Shown here: positions 16,327 to 24,287 of the stretch, piece by piece
Layout: each line of letters begins with the position of its first letter
Position numbering within the stretch: position 1 is the first letter of the stretch
DNA from: a virus
Taxonomy: Duplodnaviria; Caudoviricetes
Length of the DNA: 30,172 bases
IMG/VR virus record: IMGVR_UViG_3300005573_000937
Location: 1 to 30,172 of that record
Direction: 5' to 3' (one strand)
The notes under the pieces: model-generated
Told to the model about the DNA's origin: nothing
The model's database searches: none
What the model saw: the letters and a program-made list of their open reading frames with translations, nothing else
Position numbers and translations under genes: made by a program

Positions 16327-17838
16327 ATGAGCCGCAGCAATCGCTCGCAGAAACACAATCGTTCCCTCGGGCCGGGCAGTGAGGTTTGGGCCTATCTGCG
16401 CGTGTCGGGAGACGAACAGGCTGATCGTGGCACGCCCATTCTCGGCCAGCGCCAAGCGATCGAAGCGTATTGCGCTCAGCATGGTTATTTCTTGGCCCGC
16501 ATCTATACTGACGAAGCGATCAGTGGCAGCAGTGATGATCGGCCACAATTCCAGCTCATGATGGCTGATGCCGCCGCGAGCAACTCACACGGCCCGGCGG
16601 CGATCGTCCTTTGGGCTTGGTCCCGGTTCGCCCGCAACCAGAACGACGCGATGTTCTGGAAGGCCAGCCTGCGCCGCCAGGGCATCGAGATCGTGACGAT
16701 CGAGGACGACATCCCCCGGGTTGACGGCTTCGAGACGATCATCGAGTCTCTGATCCACTGGAAGGACGAACAGAAGTTGCACGAGATCAGCGTCCAGTCC
16801 AAACGCGGCCAGCAAACTCTAGCCCGCATGGGTTACATCCCGGCCGGCGGCCCAGCGCCTCGGGGCTATAAGGTCGTGATCGAGACAGGCGAGGTTGGGG
16901 GCAAAGTGCGCCATTTGCGCCGCTGGGTCCCCGATCCCGAGATATGGCCAGTGGTGCGCCGAGCCTGGGAGATGCGTCTCGCCGGTGCCAGCTACCACCA
17001 GATCATCCGCGAGACCCGTCTTTACAAGAGTGCTGCCTGCCTGAACACCTTCTTCATGAACAGTGTCTACAAAGGCGAGGCCCATTTCGGGGATACCACC
17101 ATCCCGATCGAGCCGGTTGTCACAGCGGAAGAATGGGAGCTCGTGCAACAGAACCGCATGTATCGCGGTGGCAGCCACGCCCGCCAGATAGTCAGCCAGT
17201 TCCTGTTATCCGGTCTCCTCAAGTGTGGCCGTTGCGGCAGCATGTTGTCCGGTGGCCACACGCCAGACAGGGTTCGCCGCGACGGCTACCGCCGCCAGGC
17301 CTGGCGCTATTATCAGTGCACCAAGCGCCACAACCAGAAAGCCTGTGACATGCCGCAAATCAAAGCCGTTGCGGTAGAGCAGGCCATCGTGGATTTCTTA
17401 TTCGAGCAGGTGTTCACGCCTCAGGCTCTGGCATATTACCAGGAGCAGATCGAGGCAAAGATCAGCGCCGAGCGGCCCGATATCCAGGCCCGGCTGGAGC
17501 TGCTGCGCAACGAGTTACGGGACGTAGAGGGCCGCATTCAGAGGCTACTTGACGCGCTGGAGGATGGGCGCAGCGTTTCCGACCGCCTGGCCCTGCGTGA
17601 GACCGAGGCGGCAGCTCTTCGCCAGGAGATCGCCGCGCTCGAATATCAGGTCAGCGGCATGCGGCCGGCTACGACAGCTGATGTAGATGGACTGGCAGAT
17701 GAACTGCGGGCTGCGCTGGCTGAGGGGCCGGTGGCCGAGGCGCGGGCGCTGGTCGCATCGGTCATCAGCGAGATCATTGTCGAGGATGGAGCAGTTCTGA
17801 GGGTGAGGTGGCGGCTCCCTTTTGGAGTTTCGACATAG
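16327..17838 (+). CDS. int: Large serine recombinase (integrase)
   Basis: Catalytic YLRVS, DEAISGS, RPQFQ, SRFARN; recombinase domain; Zn ribbon LLSGLLKCGRCG...YYQC; coiled coil. Confidence 0.95.
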   Translation: MSRSNRSQKHNRSLGPGSEVWAYLRVSGDEQADRGTPILGQRQAIEAYCAQHGYFLARIYTDEAISGSSDDRPQFQLMMADAAASNSHGPAAIVLWAWSRFARNQNDAMFWKASLRRQGIEIVTIEDDIPRVDGFETIIESLIHWKDEQKLHEISVQSKRGQQTLARMGYIPAGGPAPRGYKVVIETGEVGGKVRHLRRWVPDPEIWPVVRRAWEMRLAGASYHQIIRETRLYKSAACLNTFFMNSVYKGEAHFGDTTIPIEPVVTAEEWELVQQNRMYRGGSHARQIVSQFLLSGLLKCGRCGSMLSGGHTPDRVRRDGYRRQAWRYYQCTKRHNQKACDMPQIKAVAVEQAIVDFLFEQVFTPQALAYYQEQIEAKISAERPDIQARLELLRNELRDVEGRIQRLLDALEDGRSVSDRLALRETEAAALRQEIAALEYQVSGMRPATTADVDGLADELRAALAEGPVAEARALVASVISEIIVEDGAVLRVRWRLPFGVST

Positions 17839-17882
17839 CTTCACGAGGTGGGCCCACCGGCTTACCTCCTGAAGCTATGTCG
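17831..17882. other. Candidate attP
   Basis: 52-bp site overlapping the int stop: perfect 13-bp arms CGACATAGCTTCA/TGAAGCTATGTCG plus inner GAGGT/ACCTC; central dinucleotide AC (17856-17857). Confidence 0.7.
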
Positions 17883-18025
17883 GTAGTCAAGGTGGATCAG
17901 TCACTGCTGGCACCACAGCGGCGCAGAAGGTCTTCGACCGAACCGTCCTGGAGAGTTGCGAGGAATTAGGATAGGCTTCTGTACAGTCTGCGGTCAGCCA
18001 GCTTGCTCCGTTCTCGTGTCTGTTG

Positions 18026-18457
18026 CTATACGTCTTTCACAAGCTTCACTTCCCGCAGGGCATCAGCCATGTCCGCTCCCCTGAGCCAGGCTCGCTCCAA
18101 GGCGTCCGCCACTGCTAATGCCTGGCCAGGGCAAAAGCCACGCAGTTTTCCGACGAGCGCGTCGCCATCCACACCCCATTTCTCGTCAAGCTTGTTCAGC
18201 GCGATGGCATCTGCGACTTCTGCCCATAGCAGGCGGGCAGTATCGGCAGAAAATGAGATCCCGTTCGTCGCGTCCGCTAGCAATAAGGCCTCAGCCTCGC
18301 TGAACTGGACACTCGCCAGTTCATGCCGCAGCAGCGCGAAATAGCGCTGCAGGCACTCTCGTGCCTTCACTGAAGCGGTGGCAGGTGCGGCAAAGCCCGC
18401 ACCTGTCCTTTCCCGGATATCCTGCTCCAACCCAACCGCGTGAAACTGCACTCTCAT
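18026..18457 (-). CDS. Hypothetical protein, possible operon regulator
   Basis: Start MRVQFH with GAGGAG RBS; N-terminal strand-helix-helix pattern; last gene of the accessory operon. Confidence 0.6.
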   Translation of the reverse strand: MRVQFHAVGLEQDIRERTGAGFAAPATASVKARECLQRYFALLRHELASVQFSEAEALLLADATNGISFSADTARLLWAEVADAIALNKLDEKWGVDGDALVGKLRGFCPGQALAVADALERAWLRGADMADALREVKLVKDV

Positions 18458-18459
18458 GT

Positions 18460-18987
18460 TTACTCCTCCTCGGCCAGAGCGAAGACTGGCACTTCTGCTT
18501 CGTCCGGAGTGGGCGCGATCGTCTCCCAAGTGGGCTTGCCGTCGTCATCGTAGCCGGTGAAAATCCGCACCCGCACCGTCACCCAGACAATGCCGCTGCT
18601 TGGCAGCTCGATGCCAAGCCAGCGCTGGGCCTCGGCGGCTAGCGGCGCCAGCATTGCGGCCGGGACGGGCATAGTATGCGGTTCGGTGGCATAGCCGTCG
18701 CAACCGCCCATTGTGTTGGGCAGGGACAGGCGGATTGTCCGCTGGTCCTCCTCGGTGTTGGCCGGCTCGTCCGGCCAGATCACCAGGGAGTGCTTGCCGT
18801 TGGCGGCCGCCAGCATGTACGGGTGTGCATACTGACGATAAAGGACAAGGCGATGCGTCTTGTATGGCGAACAACGGCCCGTGATTGTGGCCTCGACACC
18901 ACCGCCACGTATGACGGTGGCAGTGCTGTTGCTGAGGCTGGCAACAGCAGCCTTAAGAAGCATGACGTCACTTTCCCAGAGTGTCAT
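18460..18987 (-). CDS. Hypothetical protein
   Basis: 175 aa, RBS AAGGAG. Confidence 0.65.
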   Translation of the reverse strand: MTLWESDVMLLKAAVASLSNSTATVIRGGGVEATITGRCSPYKTHRLVLYRQYAHPYMLAAANGKHSLVIWPDEPANTEEDQRTIRLSLPNTMGGCDGYATEPHTMPVPAAMLAPLAAEAQRWLGIELPSSGIVWVTVRVRIFTGYDDDGKPTWETIAPTPDEAEVPVFALAEEE

Positions 18988-19031
18988 TGTTGCTCCTTGC
19001 CGGCCTTTAGCCCGACCGGCGGGGTCGGTGC

Positions 19032-19424
19032 TTAAAGGTCCTGGCTGCTATCGTTGGCCTTGGCGGCCTCAAGTGCCGCCTCGGCGCTTTCGAACCCCGT
19101 TACGTCGTCGGACTCATAAGCGAGCCCGTCCCGAGACACTCCATAGAAGCAGTAGCCCCAGGAGCCATCCCGAGTGTCCCAGAACACGACCACCTTGTCG
19201 CCGGCCGTCCAGCCGCCGTACGGGCTGCCAGACTGCGCCGGCTCGTCCGGCGAGAGTGTGAAGCTGTTCCAGTCCCAACGTGCCGGCTCAACTTCGGCGA
19301 CGGTAACGTCGCCGTGCCGCTCACACCAGGCGTAGTGCCCAACGTAGGGCATGTCCGACGACATGCCCGGCTCCTCCCAACTGCTGTCACACCCACAATC
19401 CAGCCGAACCTTCCAATACGACAT
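19032..19424 (-). CDS. Hypothetical acidic protein
   Basis: 130 aa, D/E- and W-rich, CGC and C..H motifs; RBS GGAGGT. Confidence 0.65.
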   Translation of the reverse strand: MSYWKVRLDCGCDSSWEEPGMSSDMPYVGHYAWCERHGDVTVAEVEPARWDWNSFTLSPDEPAQSGSPYGGWTAGDKVVVFWDTRDGSWGYCFYGVSRDGLAYESDDVTGFESAEAALEAAKANDSSQDL

Positions 19425-19536
19425 CGTGACCTCCAGGGGTGGCTAATCTCGTTGTGCCACCCGGCATCCTGCCCGCCAAGCGGGATAACGGATCGTTGTG
19501 CCGGCCTTTCTGCCCGGCCGGTGGGGCGATACCTGG

Positions 19537-19938
19537 CTAGTCGTCATCGTCGTCCATCAGCCAGTTGATGGACCATCGCAGGAACTCAGCATTCGCTGCG
19601 ATCTGGGCTTCCTGCTGCTCGCGCGTGAGCATTGCCCAGCGTGGCTTGAAGTCGAGCTCGGCACGCTTGAGTTCTCCGAGCTCGTCGAGAGCGTCATAGT
19701 ACAAATCGCGCTCACTGATCAGCCGGACGCACGCCGGGCTGAGCTGGCGCGGCTCAGCGCCGCCATCCCACGTCCACCGTTCTCGCGGCGCCGGGTGGCG
19801 GCGCTGGTACTCCTGCACCGCCTGGTGGCGGTCGCGCCAGGCAGTGCGGCAAACCTTGTCCCAGGCAGCGATCCAGCGGCGCGGGTCGAGTGCTGCGGAG
19901 CGCTGCTGGAGCGACTGAAGAGCGGCGTCACGAGTCAT
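19537..19938 (-). CDS. Hypothetical protein
   Basis: 133 aa, RBS AAGGAGG, acidic tail DDDD. Confidence 0.65.
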   Translation of the reverse strand: MTRDAALQSLQQRSAALDPRRWIAAWDKVCRTAWRDRHQAVQEYQRRHPAPRERWTWDGGAEPRQLSPACVRLISERDLYYDALDELGELKRAELDFKPRWAMLTREQQEAQIAANAEFLRWSINWLMDDDDD

Positions 19939-19953
19939 GATGATAGCCTCCTT

Positions 19954-20199
19954 TCAGTGCGGGTCGTGGTCGAAGATCACGACCGGACCGCTTGCCGGGC
20001 TGTCGTAGATCAGCCGCCCGGCCAGGCCGTGAAGGCGGTGCGCCAGGCGGAGGTACAGCCAGACTGGGCCCGGCCCGGTCAAGACAACCTCGTTGCCTTC
20101 ACCGGCCAGGGCAACAGCCTTGGCCTCGTAGTCGCTAAGCTGTGACAGCTTAGCGACCTGGTCGTAGAGAGAGTCGACACGAATCGTTATGGTCTTCAT
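19954..20199 (-). CDS. csx3: Csx3/Crn3-like cyclic oligoadenylate ring nuclease
   Basis: 81 aa from MKTITI (RBS AGGAGGT); VVLTGPGPVWLYLRLAHRLHG...IYDSP...VVIFDH matches the Csx3 G-x-x-P-x-W-L-Y...H-x-x-H...D...H pattern. Confidence 0.8.
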   Translation of the reverse strand: MKTITIRVDSLYDQVAKLSQLSDYEAKAVALAGEGNEVVLTGPGPVWLYLRLAHRLHGLAGRLIYDSPASGPVVIFDHDPH

Positions 20200-20209
20200 G
20201 CTATACCTC

Positions 20210-20665
20210 CTATAGCTCTGGGCTGTAACCATCGCACGCCAGCAGATACCAGTCGTTGCCGAGTTCCGCGATCACAGTCACGGAACCACGCGTCATATCG
20301 CCCTGGCCCGACGACTCGCCGAGCCGCGCCACCAGGGCCTTGGCCTCGGCCAGGGCTTCGTCTTCAGTCTCGGCTGCAAGGCCATAGACGCTGAGGCCGT
20401 AGTGATGCAGCCAATACCAGTAGCCGGTAGTGGGATCGTAGACCGGCTCCCAGTTACCCGGTTTGCACTCAATATAGCCAAGCAGGAACTTCTCGTAGTC
20501 CTGCTCGGGGCTGTCTTGCCAGGCTTCCTCGACTTCGGACTCACTGAAGTCGGGGGTCATGTCTACGAGCTCTTGCAGAGTGCTGCCGCGCAGGCCCCGC
20601 CATGCAGACCAACCGCGCTGGAGGTCTGCATTGATGTCTGGGCTCTGCCGCACTGCGTATCTCAT
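20210..20665 (-). CDS. Hypothetical acidic protein, first gene of accessory operon
   Basis: Start MRYAVRQ with AGGAG RBS, just downstream of the consensus promoter. Confidence 0.65.
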   Translation of the reverse strand: MRYAVRQSPDINADLQRGWSAWRGLRGSTLQELVDMTPDFSESEVEEAWQDSPEQDYEKFLLGYIECKPGNWEPVYDPTTGYWYWLHHYGLSVYGLAAETEDEALAEAKALVARLGESSGQGDMTRGSVTVIAELGNDWYLLACDGYSPEL

Positions 20666-20695
20666 CGTCGTCTCCTGTATCGTTGCTGTGACTAT

Positions 20696-20724
20696 AGTAT
20701 ACACCCGTCACGCAAGCGTGTCAA
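20696..20724 (-). promoter_or_regulatory. Near-consensus sigma70 promoter with operator-like inverted repeat
   Basis: TTGACA(20719-20724)-17-TATACT(20696-20701); CACGC-AA-GCGTG (20709-20720) spans the spacer and -35. Confidence 0.8.
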
Positions 20725-20760
20725 GTAGGTCAATGGTACTAGTTGGGCACCAAGAGGGAG

Positions 20761-20792
20761 GAAAACGAAAAGCCGCCGGTTGCCCGGCGGCT
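20761..20792 (-). terminator. Intrinsic terminator after endolysin
   Basis: Minus strand AGCCGCCGG-GCAA-CCGGCGGCT followed by TTTCGTTTTC. Confidence 0.85.
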
Positions 20793-20814
20793 CTGAGAGC
20801 GGGGTCTGTTGCTC

Positions 20815-22860
20815 TTACAACGGCTGGTCTGCGATGACCTGCCAGGTCGCTGCCGACAGCTTCAGCAACCTATACGCCTTTGCGGCCGGGTCATAACAGA
20901 TCGCAAGTGCCGCAGCGGCGTCTGGCTCGTACATCTCGTAGCGCCAGATATAGCCCCTGGCGTCGGCCGCTTTCATCGTCGCTGGCACTTGTGCCGCCAG
21001 CGCATTCCTGGCTTGTTGCAGCTCTTGTGCAGATATGCCTGCAGCCGGTTCAGACTCAGGCGTCGGAGTTGTGGCGGATGGCGCTGGCTCAGGTATCACC
21101 TCCGGTTCTAGCACAAGGGCAAATTCGGGCTCGACATGATCATGAACTGTGCCTCCTAGCATCCCAATCCCGGCGAGACAGTCGCTCGCCGTGCTCGGTG
21201 ACCATACCCAGACAGCATGCGGGCCGCCGAGCGCAACGTCCTTGATGTAGGCACCGGTCCCGAGGCCGAACCCGACATCACCGTTCTCGTTTGTCTCCCC
21301 GATTACATAGCGGTTCCACCAGTCATGACCTGTCGCTGTCTGCTGTGGCGCATCTGGCCAGTAGAACGCTACCCGACGCTGGCGGTCAGGAGCTCCTCCC
21401 TTGCTGCAGTGGACCGTGAGACTTGCCGGCCCGGTCTTCTCGCGAATCGTGGTGATGCGAAACACCTCGGCACCGGGCTTGGCATCGGCCCGCTTCACCA
21501 CGAACCCATAGCGCTTCTGCAAATCCACCAGGTCCACTGCCACACCATTGCGATCGAATGCCTGAATTGTCATCGTTTGATTCTCCTCTGCCGGCTGCGC
21601 CGGCGCAGGCGGTGCCTGCTGTTTGAGGGCTGCCGCCAGTCGCAGTAATGTTTCCTTGTCGTGGTCATAATCCGCCCAGTCTGACAATGCCCCGCAATCG
21701 AAGAGGGCGGCAAATTGCAGCCAGGGCAGCTGCTGGAAAGCTCGCTCTGCTTCTACCAGTTGCGCGAGATAGTCCGTCTCGGCCACTGCGCTGCGCCAGC
21801 CCTTCCTGGCCGGTCCGCCGGCAATGCTGCGATCTATGCCCCATTCGGTGAGCGCCAGCATCAGCCGGCTAGTATCTACGCCAGCCTCGGCCCACCATTG
21901 CACCATATCCTTGCAACGCAGAGCATGATACCGGTCGGTTGGATCGATGCTCCGTGTCGGATCGTAATAACCATGCAGCCCCACGAGATGACCGCCGGCC
22001 ACGGCTGCTTTCACGCAGGGCGCCAGCTGCTGCACTTTCCAGCGTGACACAGCCGGGTCGCCAGTGCCGTTATCGTGCGGGTTCCCCTCCGGCAGGTTGA
22101 GGATGCAGAGTCTCAATCCTTGACCCTCGGCGAGTTCAATGCACTTCAAGGTGAATGTGTTCACTGCCGCCAGACCACTGTCGCTGTTACATTCTGGTTC
22201 ATTCGGCAGCTCGAACCAGACCTCGCCCCAGTTCACGACCGTCTGCCAGCGCGGCAACATCCGGCTCATGTAACTGATCGCTCCAGCCTCACCAGCCGCC
22301 AGCAGCAGGCGATCGAAATTGTCCGTCCACCAACGGAGGCATTTCTTCCGGCCCGGGAAGGGGTCAGGTCCAGGTGAAGGGTCCATGATCTTCACCCAGG
22401 CACTTCCCAGGGCTGCCTGCACCTCGGCGGCATAGCCTGGCAATGTCTGCCAATGGCCTGTCATCTTCGGTAGCCCGGCCGATTGATAATGCAGCACTGC
22501 TGCCTGGTAGCGGGCCCAGTACTCATGCAGATATTGATCATAGCTCGCCCAGGCATTGCCACCGGAATAGTAGTAGACCGCCCGCTCCAGATCGCCACCT
22601 GCCTGTTTGAGATTGCCCGCCAGGATACGGCAGCCCCAGTCAATGTTCACCGCCGGGTCCAGCAACCGCTCCGGTGAGGGCCGGTCGGCGAAGGTGTGGT
22701 TGCTGACGACCTGCATCAGTCCCCAGGCATCGTAGCCACCGGCGTTCTGGACATTCTGCCAGTTCGATTCAATCTCAATGATTGCCGCGATCGTTGCCGG
22801 CGAAAGGCCATAGCGGCTGGCGGCTGCCTCGATTGTGGGCCGCAGTTCCTCGTATGTCAT
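20815..22860 (-). CDS. Multidomain endolysin: SLT transglycosylase, glycoside hydrolase-like domain and C-terminal domains
   Basis: IIEIESN...GLMQV...NIDWGCRIL (SLT); NEP, LHGY and TEWG (clan GH-A-like); Pro/Ala linkers; lies after the tail genes. Confidence 0.8.
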   Translation of the reverse strand: MTYEELRPTIEAAASRYGLSPATIAAIIEIESNWQNVQNAGGYDAWGLMQVVSNHTFADRPSPERLLDPAVNIDWGCRILAGNLKQAGGDLERAVYYYSGGNAWASYDQYLHEYWARYQAAVLHYQSAGLPKMTGHWQTLPGYAAEVQAALGSAWVKIMDPSPGPDPFPGRKKCLRWWTDNFDRLLLAAGEAGAISYMSRMLPRWQTVVNWGEVWFELPNEPECNSDSGLAAVNTFTLKCIELAEGQGLRLCILNLPEGNPHDNGTGDPAVSRWKVQQLAPCVKAAVAGGHLVGLHGYYDPTRSIDPTDRYHALRCKDMVQWWAEAGVDTSRLMLALTEWGIDRSIAGGPARKGWRSAVAETDYLAQLVEAERAFQQLPWLQFAALFDCGALSDWADYDHDKETLLRLAAALKQQAPPAPAQPAEENQTMTIQAFDRNGVAVDLVDLQKRYGFVVKRADAKPGAEVFRITTIREKTGPASLTVHCSKGGAPDRQRRVAFYWPDAPQQTATGHDWWNRYVIGETNENGDVGFGLGTGAYIKDVALGGPHAVWVWSPSTASDCLAGIGMLGGTVHDHVEPEFALVLEPEVIPEPAPSATTPTPESEPAAGISAQELQQARNALAAQVPATMKAADARGYIWRYEMYEPDAAAALAICYDPAAKAYRLLKLSAATWQVIADQPL

Positions 22861-24287
22861 GCCATCCAGTCCTCATACGCTGTCAAGATGACGCTGCTAT
22901 CGTCGTTCTGGACGAAATACCAGTCACCCACCGCCAGCCAAGCCAAAGTTCTCAGATCGAGCAGATTGTCGCCTCCGGCCGGGTCGGTATCACTCAAGGC
23001 TTGTGAATGAGCCAGATCGGCCGACCACAGTCTGCCGGCACCGCGATAGCGCAAGTAGGGCCAGGTATGGCAGAACTTGAACTTGCGGTTGTTGAACGTG
23101 TATAGGCCGCCAGCACCAGCATCCTGCGCTTGTGTCGTCTGACCACTGAACTCATGCTCATACCAATTCGGCGAAGCCTTGCCGGCGGCTGGCTTCTGTG
23201 CTTCAAGGTCTGCCGCCAAGTTGTTCAGTGTCGTCACCGAGGGAATCGCCCCATGAGCGAATTCACCGGCGGTGTAAGTGTAAGGCCGAGTTAGGCCAGT
23301 ATTATCCTTGAGGTAAGCATAATTGATCGTCACACTCGCAGTTGGTGTGGAGCCCGCCGTCTGACCGATGATGATGCTGTAACGCGTCCCAACGGTTACA
23401 TTAGCGCTGATATCCACGTCCAGCGTCTGATCGCCATTTGTCGTATAAGTCACCAGCGTCCTGATCCGGCTGCTGCCATTCGGGCCATGCGGGAATTGCT
23501 CGTCACAGAGATAGACCACGATCTGGTCCGTCGTGTCATTACAACCGGCAGTTGTGCATTCAAGGTGGAGTTTCTGCGCCCCACCGGCCCGGAAGGCCCA
23601 GCGCACTAGGTCTTCGTAGGCGTTCGATTGGCTATGGCTGAACTCGCCCATTTCACTGCCCAGGAGTGGCCGTTCATTGCATAGCTTCAGATATCGTGTA
23701 GCGTCTCGCAGCGTATTGAAGTCAGCTGCTGTGTGCACGGTTGGGCTGCCGGCAAAGGTCGGGAAGTTCGGCCAATCTGGGAATCCCGTCCTACCAATCA
23801 GCAGAGCCCGGTAAGTGTCAGCATTCGTATAGCCGGTATTGCCATTGCCGGCGACCACAAGCCGGGCCTGGACAATATCACCGTCGTTATAATGGCTGCT
23901 GATGTCATAGCTCAGGACGCCATTCACATCGTTCGCATCGTCCAGCCAATGATCACCTTGGCTGGTGTCAGTCACTAGTGCGTGCCAGCCGCCGCTATAG
24001 TAGATTTGCAGTTCCGCATATGGCTGACTGGCACTCGGCGCTGGGATGCTCACCCAGGCGGAGAATTCGAGGGTCGGATGGGCGGAGTGAAATGAGGTCT
24101 CCCCTGCCCAGACGGTCTTCACGCCTTGGCCCATGCTGACGCACCAGGCCTGGCTGAAGAAGCCAGTGTACCGGTGTGCCATCGAATAGCTCAGGTCGCA
24201 ATTACGGGCGATGCGTTCCAGCCAGGTAGGCCCACCCAGGATCATGCCATCCGCTAGTTCGACGACGGGGACGTATGCTTCATGCAT
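22857..24287 (-). CDS. Minor tail / receptor-binding protein
   Basis: 476 aa, beta-rich S/T/G/Y composition; positioned after the tail hub gene. Confidence 0.6.
   Translation of the reverse strand: MHEAYVPVVELADGMILGGPTWLERIARNCDLSYSMAHRYTGFFSQAWCVSMGQGVKTVWAGETSFHSAHPTLEFSAWVSIPAPSASQPYAELQIYYSGGWHALVTDTSQGDHWLDDANDVNGVLSYDISSHYNDGDIVQARLVVAGNGNTGYTNADTYRALLIGRTGFPDWPNFPTFAGSPTVHTAADFNTLRDATRYLKLCNERPLLGSEMGEFSHSQSNAYEDLVRWAFRAGGAQKLHLECTTAGCNDTTDQIVVYLCDEQFPHGPNGSSRIRTLVTYTTNGDQTLDVDISANVTVGTRYSIIIGQTAGSTPTASVTINYAYLKDNTGLTRPYTYTAGEFAHGAIPSVTTLNNLAADLEAQKPAAGKASPNWYEHEFSGQTTQAQDAGAGGLYTFNNRKFKFCHTWPYLRYRGAGRLWSADLAHSQALSDTDPAGGDNLLDLRTLAWLAVGDWYFVQNDDSSVILTAYEDWMA

Noticed and set aside
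17847-17858. tRNA gene
   Set aside because: Only a 12-bp resemblance to an acceptor end; no T-loop or cloverleaf.
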